Assembly: GCF_006345805.1 (NCBI RefSeq)
Contig: NW_021828815.1
Coordinates: 1 to 7,605 of the forward strand
DNA length: 7,605 nucleotides
Origin: Octopus sinensis
Taxonomy: Eukaryota
Direction: 5' to 3'
The first letter of the stretch is position 1. Each line of letters begins with the position of its first letter. Of this stretch, positions 5,990-7,605 are shown piece by piece. A program made the translations under genes and the position numbers. A model generated the notes under the pieces. That model saw only the letters and a program-made list of their open reading frames with translations, did no database searches and was not told the DNA's origin.

Positions 5990-6950
5990 TCATTCTATCT
6001 TTAGGTTGCGCAATGTAGTGGAGTGGGTGTATGTGTTATTTCGCCATTCACGTTTTCTATCGAAGCTCAGTCAATTTTCTATTATTTTTGTAAACTTCGT
6101 ACACTGTCTGAGTGTCGTGTTTGTTCTATGTGTTGAGCCTCTATATTCTTATTGAGCGTTTTGGTTATAGTGCTGACGAGCTTTTCTCCTCCTTGCGCAC
6201 CCGCTGGTGTTTATTTATCCGCTCACCTATGCTACGAACTGTCTCGCCAATGTACGTCATTTCTGCACAGTCACTTTGCACACCTTATACTATAGACTAT
6301 TCTTCTAGTTTCCTTTCAAATAGATATGTTCTACAGATCAGGGATTTTATGAGACTCACAAGCCTTTCGACTTCTTTGATGCGTAGGTTTCTAAGTATTT
6401 CCTAAATCAATATGCTAATTTGCCTCCAGGAGTAGCATCGACGAACATGACACTCTGATATTTTTGTTCGCCATACTATGAGTTGGTCGTACTTACCTTC
6501 CTCTTAGTTCTTTCTATGCCACTCCATACATTATTGCGTATAGCGGATATATTCCTTTAGCGTCATTTTCTATGATGGTCTTATATTTTTCCATAGCTCC
6601 TTTGTACATCCTGATCCTGTCTCTTTGGCTGTACTCAGAGAACTGCATGTGTTGGATGGAGTGTTGTATATGTCTCTCTAATTCTGTTTGGTTTCACATG
6701 CGGGACGTGTTTCTCTTTACCCTTATCAAGCCCGCTATTAGGATATTGAACTTGGAATTATCCGCAGTTGCTACGTTCTGGTGGACCAGGTATTTGGAGA
6801 TCATAGGTTTGACATAGTGGAAATGAAGGATTTGAATCTTGTTATTCCTAGTTTCCAGCAAGAGTGCAGTATCTGCAGTTGGGGTGCTTACTAGGGTAGT
6901 CTGTTACCTCAGTATTCTGGTGGATGAAGTTAGCGATTTTCTGGATGTTC
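5990..6950 (-). pseudogene. Disrupted PLE ORF: RT C-terminus/thumb, linker and GIY-YIG endonuclease
   Basis: Manual minus-strand translation across frameshifts gives IQKIANFIH (6920-6946) and DYPSKHP (6881-6901). A 112-codon frame at 6538-6873 with one TGA reads ...ILHFHYVKPMISKYLVH...MQFSEYSQRDR...KGIYPLY. Further on: MFVDATPGG (6422-6448), IVYSIRC (6280-6300), then SDCAEMTYIGETVRSIGERINKH (YIGET at 6240-6254), TTLRQC...FDRKREW, and a stop at 5990-5992. The VY...C..C...YIGET.R....R...H pattern is the PLE GIY-YIG signature. Confidence 0.8.
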
Positions 6951-7395
6951 TAGTTCATAGATACAGTCTTGTAGAGGTGCTTTTGCCATTATATTGATAA
7001 ATAGATATATTAATAAATAAGTGTAATTCTCTACATAAACGTATTGAGTGATCTTTCAATTAAAGTTTTGACTATTTGTGTATAACTCCATTGGTATAAA
7101 GTAAGATAATGTGATACTATATAGTTTATTGGATTGGGCAGATAAGAAAAACTCAAGTGTAAAGAGGAAAAAACTAGTCATGTTTTTGCAGCCATGTTTA
7201 AGACCAATAATTCCGTTGAAGCAATCTTAGTTCATATTTTCCTTTAATAAAATAGAAGAGAGTATGAACATTGTCTTTCGACCTCGTTATGAAATTTGGC
7301 GGGATAAAATTTCATCTGAATACGAATTTAATTCCATGTCAGTGCTGACCTAACACATACGACCAAAGTTGTTACTACAGCAACCGTATAGTATA

Positions 7396-7605
7396 CAGTG
7401 GTTCTCATCCGGGGTCTATATGACCATTGCAGGTCCATATAAGATTTTGTTTTTAAAATGAATGTACAATAAATTGCTTATACGTCTTTAATACACAAAA
7501 TATTTCAGTTTTTTTTAAATGTAATTCCTAATAATATTTAACTATAAAATACGATATGATTATATTAAACAATGAATGGCTAGCTGGGTCCATCCGAATA
7601 AAATA
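7396..7605 (+). mobile_element. Left end of a hAT (Charlie-like) non-autonomous DNA transposon/MITE, running off the window
   Basis: Starts CAGTGGTTCTCA (Charlie/MER5-like terminal motif), with subterminal GGTCTAT/GGTCCAT repeats at ~7413, ~7432 and ~7588. The partner TIR and TSD are not in the window. Confidence 0.55.

Larger units (their letters stand above)
5700..6975 (-). mobile_element. Penelope-like retroelement (C-terminal GIY-YIG type), 5'-truncated and decayed
   Basis: Decayed RT-to-endonuclease ORF (~5990-6950), then a 3' UTR with a low-complexity tract, a hammerhead-like motif and AATAAA. Boundaries are approximate. Confidence 0.8.

Noticed and set aside
6071-6696. Several in-frame TGA codons in the PLE ORF (6071-6073, 6271-6273, 6407-6409, 6694-6696) suggesting a selenoprotein-type PLE
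   Set aside because: TAG/TAA stops and frameshifts also occur, and selenocysteine use is described for the permuted Naiad clade. Ordinary decay (for example CGA>TGA) explains these codons.
5807-6817. Plus-strand ORFs 5807-6004, 5916-6155, 6112-6405 and 6572-6817
   Set aside because: They are antisense shadows of the minus-strand PLE ORF and its low-complexity 3' UTR.
1-7605. CRISPR array or prokaryotic operon
   Set aside because: There is no repeat-spacer periodicity, and the window is eukaryotic repeat-rich DNA.

Overview
AT-rich, microsatellite-dense, non-coding animal genomic DNA (intronic or intergenic). The repeat content resembles octopus/cephalopod genomes as I recall them; no database was searched. 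No intact protein-coding gene is supported, and all ORFs in the track are microsatellite, SINE or antisense artefacts. The window holds three full and two half copies of one tRNA-derived SINE with an internal (TA)/(TG) microsatellite, one copy of a second tRNA-derived SINE, and the left end of a hAT-like MITE. It also holds a decayed Penelope-like retroelement (PLE) on the minus strand (RT C-terminal part followed by a GIY-YIG endonuclease, ~5990-6950), which the ORF track misses. The most notable unexplained signal is five short type-I hammerhead-ribozyme-like motifs on both strands. One has a compensatory U3-A8 catalytic core and a palindromic helix III, and another lies just downstream of the PLE ORF. 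There are also two apparent template-switch/fold-back palindromes.
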